From contig OX442314.1 of NCBI GenBank assembly GCA_949358305.1, positions 27,094,001 to 27,158,000 of the forward strand: a stretch of DNA of 64,000 bases, written 5' to 3'. The notes beneath the pieces are model-generated. The model was not told the origin of the DNA. It ran no database searches and saw only the letters and a program-made list of their open reading frames with translations. The stretch is from Strigamia acuminata (lineage: Eukaryota). The position numbers were made by a program, and so were the translations under genes. This document shows, piece after piece, positions 1 to 11,300 of the stretch (positions are counted from its first letter, which is position 1; each line of letters opens with the position of its first letter).

Positions 1-1
1 G

Positions 2-2161
2 CGCTACTCTTTCGAAATACAATATATTAAAGGTCCACTAAATGTTTTAGCGGATGCTTTATCCAGATCACCGATTGATAAACCGGAAAATCCTGAAGAT
101 GATGGAGATAATGATGAATTATTATCTTACTGTCCATCACCACAACGAAATTGGAAAATGGGAAAATTTCATGAGCTTCCTGTCTCCACGCTGGAGGAAA
201 AGGAAGATCACGAATTCGTCAACTATTGGACTAAAATTTATGACCCCTCTGAGGAATCAGATGACGTCATAAGAGCGCAAATTTCAAGGAAATTCCAAGT
301 TCCTTCGTCAAATGTTTTAATAAAAGCATTTGTCGCCAAAATTGTAGAGCGTCTTGATTGTGAACCCCCCACAAGGGAAGACATAATCAAGGCCCAAAAA
401 GAAGATAAAGTTTGCCAATTGATGCGTAATTTTTTAAATTGTAATCAATTTCCGCCTGACGTCACAACGCGACTCCAGAGGAAACAATATAGAAAACACG
501 CAACCACCTTCTTAATTGAAGATGACTTATTAATGCAATTTCATCCCACAATGTCTGATGAATTGGGGGAGGATGGGAGAGCACTCAAAGTTTTTGTACC
601 TCAGACATTGAAGTATAAAATTATTTGGCTAATGCATGGCCACCCACTTTCTGGCCACCCAGGAATTGCAAGGACTCTTTATCGAGCACGCCGAATTTAT
701 ACCTGGAAAGGCATGAAATCGGACATTACGAGATTCATTCGACATTGTGAGCGTTGCCAAGCTTGCAAACCTCGAACGAAAGGACAAATTGAAGCAGCGC
801 AAATGGGTCCTTACAGCCCATTTGACTGCCTAAGTGTTGATTTGACCGGCCCGAAACCTCGGACGCGCAAAAACAACACACATATTTTAGTCATACTTGA
901 CGTGGCAACTCATTGGCCAGAATTATATCCAATGTGTAACCCCACTGCTGGAAAAGTAGCAAATTGCATTTATCACCTTTCCATGAGCATGGGATTCCCT
1001 CGTAAAATTATTTCTGACAACGGCCCGCAATTTCGTGCCCAAGTCTTTAAAAAATTTTGTGAAAAGTTCAAGATGGTTCCAACACCAACTTCAACGTATC
1101 ACCCACAAGCTAACCCGGTTGAAAGGGTTAACCGTGACATCAAATATTTGGTTGCAATTTATTCATCGGTTCATTCCAAATGGGACGAATATTTGCGTGA
1201 ATTTGCATTTAGTTTGAGAACTACGGTGACGAGAGGAAGAGACTTCTCTCCCGCATTTCTTAACTTTTTTCGCGAACTCAGAGTACCTTGGGATCCAAGA
1301 ATACCTGAAGGAATTTTGGTCGTAGATCCAAAAAACCCACATTTATACGTGCAAAAATTAGAAGCCGTTATCGCCGAAACATATCAGCACATGATGTCAC
1401 ACGTGTTAGATTTGCGTAGACGAGTTAATCTTAAAAAAGAAGGTGAGAAGTTCTCCAATTTTAAATTAAACGATTTAGTTTGGAGAGATTCTCATGTTTT
1501 GTCGAGCGCTGCCCGCGGCATTGCAGCTGGCATCGCTGATAAAAGAACAGGACCATATGTAATAACCAAAGTATTACAGGGAGGATCCGTAGAATTGAGA
1601 AAGCTAGAAAATAACGAAATATTTCCAGCTGTCCATTCGTCTGAATTAACTCCGTATTTCCCGAGTTTCGATCAGGAAGTATGGTTAGAAGGCGAAGAAG
1701 TCGGTCAAAAGACTGAAAATATAATTAATACGTTAGATGACGATGAATTAAAGAAAATACCTGTCGATAATTCATCCAAACCACAAATGGAGTCAGACCT
1801 CGTGAATAACGACGTTGAACTTCGTGACAATTTCAAAAAGCTTGAAATTGCTAAAAAATTAAATAAAAAGGTGTTTTTAGAAAAGAAACAAAAAACATCT
1901 GAAATAAAAGACTCATCTGACTCAGTCTCCGATGACAATGAAGACGGCGATTTAAATACAATAAATCCCTCGCCGACAAAGAGATATAATCTTCGGACTC
2001 GTAAACCGAGAGGAAAAAACAACATGTGTCTTCTCCCCTCGATAACCTCGAGATCCAGGGATCAGCCGTATGACGTAAGGAGCAATTCCTCAAGCCATAC
2101 TCAAACCAATCAAACAGTAAGATTGGATGACGTCACTAACAGCGACGTTACCCAAACGTAA
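2..2161 (+). CDS. pol: Gypsy-A pol, C-terminal part (RNase H end, linker domain, integrase); open from window start
   Basis: Frame is open from position 2 (YIKGPLNVLADALSR). HHCC zinc finger (HGHPLSGH...CERC), DDE core (SVDLTGP, ISDNGPQF, NPVERVNR) and GPY motif. Strongly similar to Gypsy-B pol. Confidence 0.95.
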   Translation, partial: RYSFEIQYIKGPLNVLADALSRSPIDKPENPEDDGDNDELLSYCPSPQRNWKMGKFHELPVSTLEEKEDHEFVNYWTKIYDPSEESDDVIRAQISRKFQVPSSNVLIKAFVAKIVERLDCEPPTREDIIKAQKEDKVCQLMRNFLNCNQFPPDVTTRLQRKQYRKHATTFLIEDDLLMQFHPTMSDELGEDGRALKVFVPQTLKYKIIWLMHGHPLSGHPGIARTLYRARRIYTWKGMKSDITRFIRHCERCQACKPRTKGQIEAAQMGPYSPFDCLSVDLTGPKPRTRKNNTHILVILDVATHWPELYPMCNPTAGKVANCIYHLSMSMGFPRKIISDNGPQFRAQVFKKFCEKFKMVPTPTSTYHPQANPVERVNRDIKYLVAIYSSVHSKWDEYLREFAFSLRTTVTRGRDFSPAFLNFFRELRVPWDPRIPEGILVVDPKNPHLYVQKLEAVIAETYQHMMSHVLDLRRRVNLKKEGEKFSNFKLNDLVWRDSHVLSSAARGIAAGIADKRTGPYVITKVLQGGSVELRKLENNEIFPAVHSSELTPYFPSFDQEVWLEGEEVGQKTENIINTLDDDELKKIPVDNSSKPQMESDLVNNDVELRDNFKKLEIAKKLNKKVFLEKKQKTSEIKDSSDSVSDDNEDGDLNTINPSPTKRYNLRTRKPRGKNNMCLLPSITSRSRDQPYDVRSNSSSHTQTNQTVRLDDVTNSDVTQT

Positions 2162-2371
2162 CTTCCGGTATTTGAACTGATCACTTTGCGTCTGAGTTCA
2201 CTTCGATCTCACACGTGTGCTAAGTGCTCATCCCCAAAAAACCAAAAGCGAAACAACTGGATTATTTCAACGGGATTCTTCAATTGTAAGTAGTTTTTTC
2301 TTTGGAATTTTCCAAGGAAAAACTAATAAATTAATTTTCGTTTTTCTTTTCCATTTGGATTAGTCGTTCAA

Positions 2372-5300
2372 ATGGAAGGAGAGGAACCGAAAGAAGGAAG
2401 CGAAGCCGGCGCCAACAGCCTCGAATTAGAAACAAATTCGACGCTGCTTGGTTCCGCAAACACTTCGAATGCATCCGTGGATGTCACCGGAGAGTCCGCC
2501 GAAGCGTCCGCCGAAGCTCAAGCCGCTCTAGCCGACGCTGCTGCCCGTTTGCCAGTCGCGCCGCCCCGACCACAACTTCGAGGAGGCCTATTCGCCGATC
2601 CAAACGGCGAAACTCGTGCACAGAGGCACGACCGGGTAAATAAATTAAAATAAAATTACCTTTCAGTCATGAAAAGTAATTAAAAGTGCATTTTCACTCG
2701 GAAAAAGCGAAAAGTTCGTTGGTAACGCCTTCGCAAGAAGGCGCCGCCATTTTTATCATCAGATGGCGCTGTGTCTCATTTTTGAGGCGTTGCTATGGTA
2801 ACGCTCCAAACACTGAAACATAGCCGTCGGAAACAACGTTTTTCACGATTTTTCAAACATTTTGAAAAATTTAACGAATCTAAACTGTCGAATGAAATCT
2901 CACCCGTGATTTTATTCACTGAAAATTCGGAAATAATTAATTTTAACGAAAAAATGGATTTTAATTATTTCTTCGAATATTTTACAGATCATCCAGCTTC
3001 GGGAGACGCATCTCGAACTGCACCCCGATGTTCCAACAGCTCCTGGTGTCTGGCGACATGCATTGCCGCCAGAAATCATCAAGTCTAAAGGAAGACTGAC
3101 GTTTTGGGCGGCCCGACACAAATTCTCCAAAGCCTTAAACAAGCGATGGGGAACGAAGTTTCGGATCGCCTATTTAATCGATGGATTCGGTCATCGCGAC
3201 GCCCTCGAGTGGGCAATGAAGCGCGACACCTTCGGACCACTGCGAAACGTGTTGCTCGACTTCGCCTTCACAGTGATCGCTCAAGAAACGCGAGACCATC
3301 GCCGTTACTTCAACGCTCCTGCGTGGGAGCGTCGACAGATTTTGGAGGACATCTTCCAACGTCTTGACCAAACCAAGGCCGAGGTTGTACGCCTCTACCA
3401 CGAATCTTTCCGTGTAACAACGGACGGAAAGAAACGTTGGGTGCCGACATGCCAGTCGGAAATGCATCAGCTAGCCATGGGCGGATGTTTCCATGCTGAT
3501 TTCGTGCCAAACCCGTATCCAGAGCCTGAGCCCCGGGTACAGGTCGCTTCCACCATCCATGTGGTGCCACCGCGCTCCACGTCGAGGTCACGATCATCGA
3601 GGTCGCCCTACAGTGGCCGTCGCTCCTCCCCAACACAGTCGTCGGGGGAAGGCGCCATTGGAGGGTTACCTCCACTCCAGAAGGCTCGTCATCGCTCACA
3701 TCACCGACGCGAGTCGACGCCGCCAAAAAGACATTCAAAGTCCGTTTCGAGACACTCGTCCCGAAGCCGACCTCGAGTGCAATCGCGCCAATCTTCCACG
3801 AGGAGTTCTCTCTCATCGCGTGAAGAAAGGTCCAACGCTTCACAGCCTAGCGCTTCCTCCTCCGGCCGAATTGACTGGTCGGACGAGATAGCGAAAGAAG
3901 ATCGACGCATCGCCGCATTGCAAGCCGGTCAAGGAGACGTCAACACCTCTTTGCCGTTCGCTTGCCGTCCAGTCACCAGCGACATGCGACCAGACCCATC
4001 GGTGCCCGTGCCACACGTGACATCGGTCATCCGTTTTGAGGGATACGTCTCTCAAGAACCATTTCCCGCACAGGAGTGCGCTGATCTCTGGAGGCGATTC
4101 TCATCGTTTCCCGAGACAGCCCAAACGATGTACCTCGCGCATCTGGACGAATACCAACTCGCTCAGATCCGCGAAGGAGAGAAAGTGATGAGGTAAAACG
4201 GTCCTGTGGCTCTCGGAAATCAGTGGAAACGCAATTACAAAGTGCGGTTAATTCGCAACACGCGACCGCCATCTTTATTCACCGTGAGAACATAAAACAG
4301 TGGTCTGGGTTGAGGCTATATAATCTCAACCCCGATTTCAGATCAACAAGGAGAACAAATCTATTATCACACTTAAATAGATTTATTCTTTACAATAAAA
4401 CATAGGCTAAAGTAATGGATAAACGATACCAAACATAACTAAAGTATCGTCGCTTAACAAGCAGACGACGGGAACGCACGTTATCAAGTCGACACAGCCA
4501 ATTGCGGTACAAAACAAGCTTATAGATAAAAATCAAATCAATTGGCTGACCATTCGTAACAATACAAGACAACGCGCTTGTTGTGCTTATTCGGAAATAC
4601 ACAACTGATAAACTTATCGCAAATCGTTCACCGTAAATCAACAAATCCCCCTTCGATGAACTACTTTGCTGCTACGAAAATATGCTCGCACAATGCGTCT
4701 AGTTTTGCGCGAGACAGCCACTTGGTCATAAGATCGGCCACATTAAGGGTTCCCGGGATGTGTCTGATTCGAAAGACACCCTTTTCAAACCAGTCGCGCA
4801 CGAAGTGTAGTTTAACATCTATGTGTTTGTTTGCGCGATTCTCTATGCGATTCTTCGCATATTGGATCGCTGGCATTGAGTCAGCGTATACACACGGTAT
4901 TTCCCGGTTAAACCCATCCATCATCACGTCAGCACCAAATATGCGCTCTAACCAAATTATTTCCTTCACACCGTCTACCACCGCCAAGAATTCGCTCTCC
5001 ATAATGGAAAGTGCAGTGATGGTCTGCTTATGGCAGTTCCAAGAGATCGGGACGCCTCCCAGGTAGATGATGTGCCCACCAAAACTCCGACGTTTGTCCT
5101 GGTCTAATGCGAAAGACGCATCCGTATAAACGGTCAAGTTTTCACTTTGACAGTTTCCAAGATTGATGGAATAATTTGGCGTATTCCCTAGGTATCGCAA
5201 GATTTGGAGCAGCATATTCACGTGTCGAGTCGAGTGAGTCTCGTTGTATTGAGACAACACTATCACCGAAAACAGAATATCGGGTCTTGTACGACTTGCG

Positions 5301-8300
5301 ATGAAAAGCAAACTGCCGACAAGAGACCGATACGGAAAACTCGAATTGACACGTTCCCCCGTTTGAACCTTTTGGATCATGGTGCCTGGGGTGCCAGGTA
5401 CTCTAACACGATGACAAGAGTCGATCCCATATTGCTTGCACAACTTCGCAATATAAGCGCGTTGATGAATAAAGATATTCTCCCCGTCCCTACAAAACTC
5501 TATCCCTAACAAAAGGGTGACGGGGCCCAAATTGACAATCTCAAATGATTGTTGAATCCAATCCAAAACGCACTCCTCTGCTATGTTGTCTTTTGAAAAC
5601 AATACAATGTCATCGACATAGAAAATAAGTATAGCGTCAGTCCCCAAGCTATACACGCAATTGAGACCCAAGACCGGTTCAAATCCAATTTCAATCAGCT
5701 GGTCGTGGAGTCGCTGGTACCACATACGACCAGACTGATGAAGTCCGTAAAGAGATTTTCTCAATTCCCAACATTTATGTTGGTTTTCGGATGTTCGATA
5801 TCCCTTTGGAATATGGATATATTGCACTTCGTCGAGGTCCCCATATAAATATGCGGCCTTGATGTCGAGGTGTACGTCACGCCAGCCCCTCAGTACCACT
5901 AAGATACAAAAGAACATCATGACTAACACGAAATTGACTACTGGGGAAAATACCTCAGTAAAGTCAATGCCCGGCTTTTGCTTAAAGCCCTGTGCAACAA
6001 GACGAGCACGATATCTTCTAATCGTACCCGTGTGATCTCTTTTTAACTTGTAAATCCATTTTGATCCCAATAAGGTTTTGTCTTTAACCTGGTCTTTGTC
6101 GACTTCGACATAAACCTCACGTTCTTTGAAAATGTTTATTTCGTCCTCCATTGCGTTTTCCCAATCTGGTTTACTAACTCCCGTTACGGCCTCCTCATAC
6201 GTGTCTGGCTCGACAGAGCAGCAACCAGCAAAACCAATAGTGACGTCTTTGAAATCAAACAATTCCGACCTATATTCGTATCCCTCGGTTTTGCACCAAC
6301 GAACAACCTCAACACGGCTGCGGAGCTTTTCGTGCTTTGGTGTGATATACCAAACATCAACTTTCCCAGCTGTTGCCCCGCTTTGACGTACAGTCTGCCG
6401 CCTTTGCCACAAAGTCATGTCTAAAGGCAACAATTCACTAGTTGAAGCTGTACGTTCGCCAGTGTCTTTCCCTTTTCTAGGCGGGTTGCGACGAGGGACT
6501 GTGGGCGACAATTGGGGTGATAACTGCGGACTTGCGTCCGGGTCCTCAACTTCCTCGCTCTCCTCTTCGTCGTCGGGATAAATGTTGAAGAAATCCCTAT
6601 TATCCCCCTTCGCCCCACCGATTTCGTCATCATTTATAACATTTAAATCCCCAATAATGTATTGCATTGCATCAACATAGTTGAAATCCTCAGGTGCCCC
6701 ACCCTCAACGGGTTCTTCTTTCCCTTCTCCTTCAGGATATTCGGGTATGGGGTCGCCGTGGACACTATCTGTCTCCGAGACAGAGTCATCAAAAGAATCC
6801 TCACCCGACGAGTCTGAATCGTCAGTGAAAGGCGAGGGAGTCAGTTGGGGATTCTGGAGATTTTCATACCAGAAATTCTGTTCTAGAATTTTAACATGCT
6901 TAGAGAGGAAAACTTGGTTTCTATTCGGATCCCAAATCCGATACCCACGAGTAGTAGAGGCGTATCCAATCAAAGCCCCCGCCCATGCTCTCTGTTGCAA
7001 TTTTCCAGCTCTGGTTTGTGAAGGGACATGTACATAAGTCAATGCACCAATGCATTTGACGTGGCGTAAAGATAATTTCTTATTGAAAAACACATTATAA
7101 GGTGTCCTCCCACCCAATCCCGCATGCGGAAACCGGTTCTTTAAATAAACGACAGAAACTGCGAGTTCTGCCCACAGGGATGGAGGAAGACTATTTTCAA
7201 TCATTAAAGCTCTAATTCCACCAAGAATGGTCCGGTTCGTTCTTTCAGCGACCGAGTTCATCTCAGGGCTGTATGCGTTCGTTCGCATACACTTCAGTCC
7301 AATGCTACTGGCATATTCATCCCATTGTTTGGATACAAATTCCCCTCCATTGTCAGTTTTAATCGACTTGACCTTCCTAGAAGTCATTCTTTCAATTTCG
7401 GTTAACCACTTCTTAAAATGGCCCAAAACTTCGCTCTTTTTCTTCATAATCACGATCCACATCAATCGTGAGAAGTCATCGACCATGACCAAATAGTAGT
7501 ACGCCCCACCTATGCTCTCAACTGGTGAAGCGCCCCACACGTCTAAATGAACGATTTCTAAAATCCCTTTGGTCGAAATGGTCGCAATGGGGGGAAAACT
7601 GGCACGTGTGCTTTTCGCTCTCGAACAAGCATCACAACTCGACAATTCCGTGTTGGACAACTTTAAACCAAATACTTCAGTAGATTTGTTTAACAATGCA
7701 ATTCCCTTTGCATTAAGGTGTCCCATACGAGAGTGCCAGATGTCCATCGTTTGGGGTTTGTCTGGCTTAATGGAAGCATCCTTTCCATCTACAACCCCAT
7801 TTCCATTTGTTAAATTGTTTTGCACAATTGTTTTTAAAATTTTCGCATTCTTGGGCTTATTACCCTTACTGGCCACTAAGCTAGTGTGTGTGTTGTTTAA
7901 AACACTCAGCTGTTGATTCGAAATTTCCATACTCGCATTGTTTGCAACGATCGCTGGCGCATTATTCGCAGTTTTCGCTTGCCCCTTATTCGCAGGTACA
8001 GGTTTCCCTGATTTACTCAAATTTTGGGTTAATGCAGTCTTAAAATTTAAATGGGTTAGTAAAGGATCAACAGTTTCTTCACTCTTTAAAGGTGGACTAG
8101 ATGCCACTGTTGCACTCTGTTGCGCAGACAATGCAACAGTGTTTACAGAATTTTTAGCATTAAATCGACAATTGACCTTGTACATTCTATCACTCGTACG
8201 TGTAGCCGTGATAGAAGGGTCATTAATGTCCTGATCATAAATGAACATTTTTCCATTCTTAACCATTGTCGTAGCCCCAGCTTCGTCCGTGCGACCTAAA

Positions 8301-11300
8301 GAAATTAAATTCTTTTTGAAGTTGGGTGCATAATAAACGTTTTTCAACGTTAGTTCACGTGTACGTTGTCCATGAATTGAGATTAATGTCACATTTCCGA
8401 TGCCCTCGATTTTCGACTTTCCGTCGCCTTGTTGCACAGAATAACCAGTTAATGGTTTAAAGTCCGAAAACCAGGATTTGTTAAACGAAAAATGGTCCGT
8501 CGCACCTGTGTCGACGTACCATTGCGAATCGTAGCTCGCATGTGACAATAACGACACTGCAACCGGAGGTTGCTCTTGACAAATCGCTGCAGAGAAGTAA
8601 GATACGGGGGAATCGCTGAAAATGTCCATTTGTGTGACGGCGGCCTTCTGCTGGCCTTTTCCACGATTTTTCCCTCGTTGACTTCCCCTGCTGAACTGTC
8701 CTATCGGGTTTCCTCTCGCAGCACCTTGTTGCTGTTTAGGTGGAGAATCCATTCCTGATTTGACAATTGGGCATTGCGTTGCCGCATAATGCGCCGATGG
8801 TTGCTGTATACATGAAGCCCCCATTCCACGGTCTTCGTCCCGTTCATCTCCGCTGGAGAAATCCGTGTCAGATGATGTATCCATTGGCTGGACTGGTGGG
8901 GGATGCAACCTGTCATATTCATCCAAGAATATTTGTCTAACTCCTTCTTGAGTGACGTTCTCTTGCAGTAAAGCATCAATCGTCAATTTGCAGGCCTCAA
9001 ATTCAGGTCTAACACCATCCATATACTGGAAAATGATGAAAATTGGAGTCAAATCCAAGCCCGCATTGTTAACCTCGATCGCTTTTTGGTCCACACGATC
9101 TAAAAATTCACGCATTGTTTCATTGTCGTTCATTTTTAAATCCAGGAACTGCCGTCGCAATTGTGCTCTCTCAAATCTCGGCAGTGCCATTCTGGATTTC
9201 CGAGTAAAGTAGCACAAATCACTTTTTCACAAAAAACCACAAATTCCCGCAGGAAAAACACAAATATTCACAATACACGTGAATATGTCGCACGGAGAAG
9301 CACAAATTTGCCCCCAAAAATTGAAGGCGAAATAAAATACAGTACTTCCCAAGGGGCACCTCAATAAGTGAGATGAAAAACCCAAATCTGGTCGCCCTAC
9401 TAGCTTCCGACCGGCCCACCTGGGGGACGCGGGACGACTAGTTGGCCACGGACAAGCCCAGACTGGAATGAGACTGTACTGGGGCGACTGCCCGAAGGGT
9501 ACAGAATATTCTAAGTGACCCGACACAAAAACCTTAATAAATAACAAAGTTTCACGAGAATCAATCAAAAAATACACTTTTTGGTGTGAAGCTGGCCAGT
9601 TACGGGTTTCCCGCGTCGTAACTGGGTCCCACGTTGAATTAAACGTCGGCTTCACGTCGTCTTCGCACGGAACTGGGGCCGACGTGCAATCCGCGTACAC
9701 ACGTCCGTGTAAACGCGGAGAAAATCGACGTTGCGCCCGTCCGCGCCTTCGTACTTGCTTTCCTGGATGCAAAGTACGGAAATAATTGCCCACACACACG
9801 CTTATCGTGTGCAGGACTTCTCGGTGAGTCAGTTCGTGTCGAAACGTCGTTTTTCCGTCTCTTTTCGACGAAAAATGGCCGCCGTTGCAAAATCGTCGAT
9901 TCACGGTGATTTCCGTGATGAAAACACGGCAAAACGATCCGAAATTCAACGTCGTTTCGACGTATTCCGGCGTCGAATCGATGCGAGCGTGTATCAGCTC
10001 GTACACACAGCTGGCGACGGGCTTCACTGCTAACCGCGATGAAGTCCAAACAAAAATGGCGCCGCCGGAGAAAATCCGTTATATCGGCGAAAAAAAACCA
10101 GTTCAAATTATTCGAAATAAATGTTCCTTACACCGTTCCGTGTCGAATCCTTCGTGCAATCGTCCGCACACGTATTCCAGACGTTTGCCGCACCGAAAAT
10201 TCGTTTTCACGACGAATTGGGCGGGCGCGCACTTCGCGACTTCTCGTAGTCGCAAAAATTGGCCGTTTTCTCTTCAATATTCCTAGAATTGGCCGGCGCT
10301 GGTCGTCGCCAATCCTCTGCTACCATTTGATGAGGTAAAACGGTCCTGTGGCTCTCGGAAATCAGTGGAAACGCAATTACAAAGTGCGGTTAATTCGCAA
10401 CACGCGACCGCCATCTTTATTCACCGTGAGAACATAAAACAGTGGTCTGGGTTGAGGCTATATAATCTCAACCCCGATTTCAGATCAACAAGGAGAACAA
10501 ATCTATTATCACACTTAAATAGATTTATTCTTTACAATAAAACATAGGCTAAAGTAATGGATAAACGATACCAAACATAACTAAAGTATCGTCGCTTAAC
10601 AAGCAGACGACGGGAACGCACGTTATCAAGTCGACACAGCCAATTGCGGTACAAAACAAGCTTATAGATAAAAATCAAATCAATTGGCTGACCATTCGTA
10701 ACAATACAAGACAACGCGCTTGTTGTGCTTATTCGGAAATACACAACTGATAAACTTATCGCAAATCGTTCACCGTAAATCAACAGAAAGAATGGCAATG
10801 GCTTGCGCGAGAGCTTGCGTCGTGCAAGTCCGACAAGCAACTGCAACGGACGCTGCAGAAGATGAACAGGAAGTTGTCGGAGGGACTTCTTCGAATCCTG
10901 TTCCAAGGAGTCTTTCCCGACCCACAGATTGCTCTGGCGGCCGCCACTCGATTGTGGACCGTGCCGTTAGGGCTTCCACGGGCCTTGCTGGACGATTGGG
11001 AGTCAGTTCGCCCCGATCCTCCAACGATGCTCGCCGAATTGACGCAACAAGCCGAGGCGACTGGCGAAACTCCGGCTGGATCCGCCATTCGACTACGGCA
11101 GGAATGGGCTGCGCTGAAGCAGCGACGCGCAGCAGAACGAGCTACCGCCCGTCCCGCTGGCGCACCACCGTCATCCGCAGCTCCACTCCACGCTGCCATC
11201 ACGGCAACGTCGAGTGTTTCCCGTGCGACCGAGGCACCGAGTTGCAACACCTCGTCTCCGATGGAATGGCTCGACAGCGACGATCGCGAGTTCGTCGTGC

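Larger units (their letters stand above)
4186..10785 (-). mobile_element. Full-length Ty1/Copia LTR retrotransposon carrying an MBD (CopiaMBD-like), very recent insertion
   Basis: 458-bp LTRs at 4186-4643 and 10328-10785, identical by eye, with TG...CA ends. 5-bp TSD GAAAG at 4181-4185 and 10786-10790. PBS TGGTAGCAGAGGAT and PPT GAAGGGGGATT next to 4643. Confidence 0.97.
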
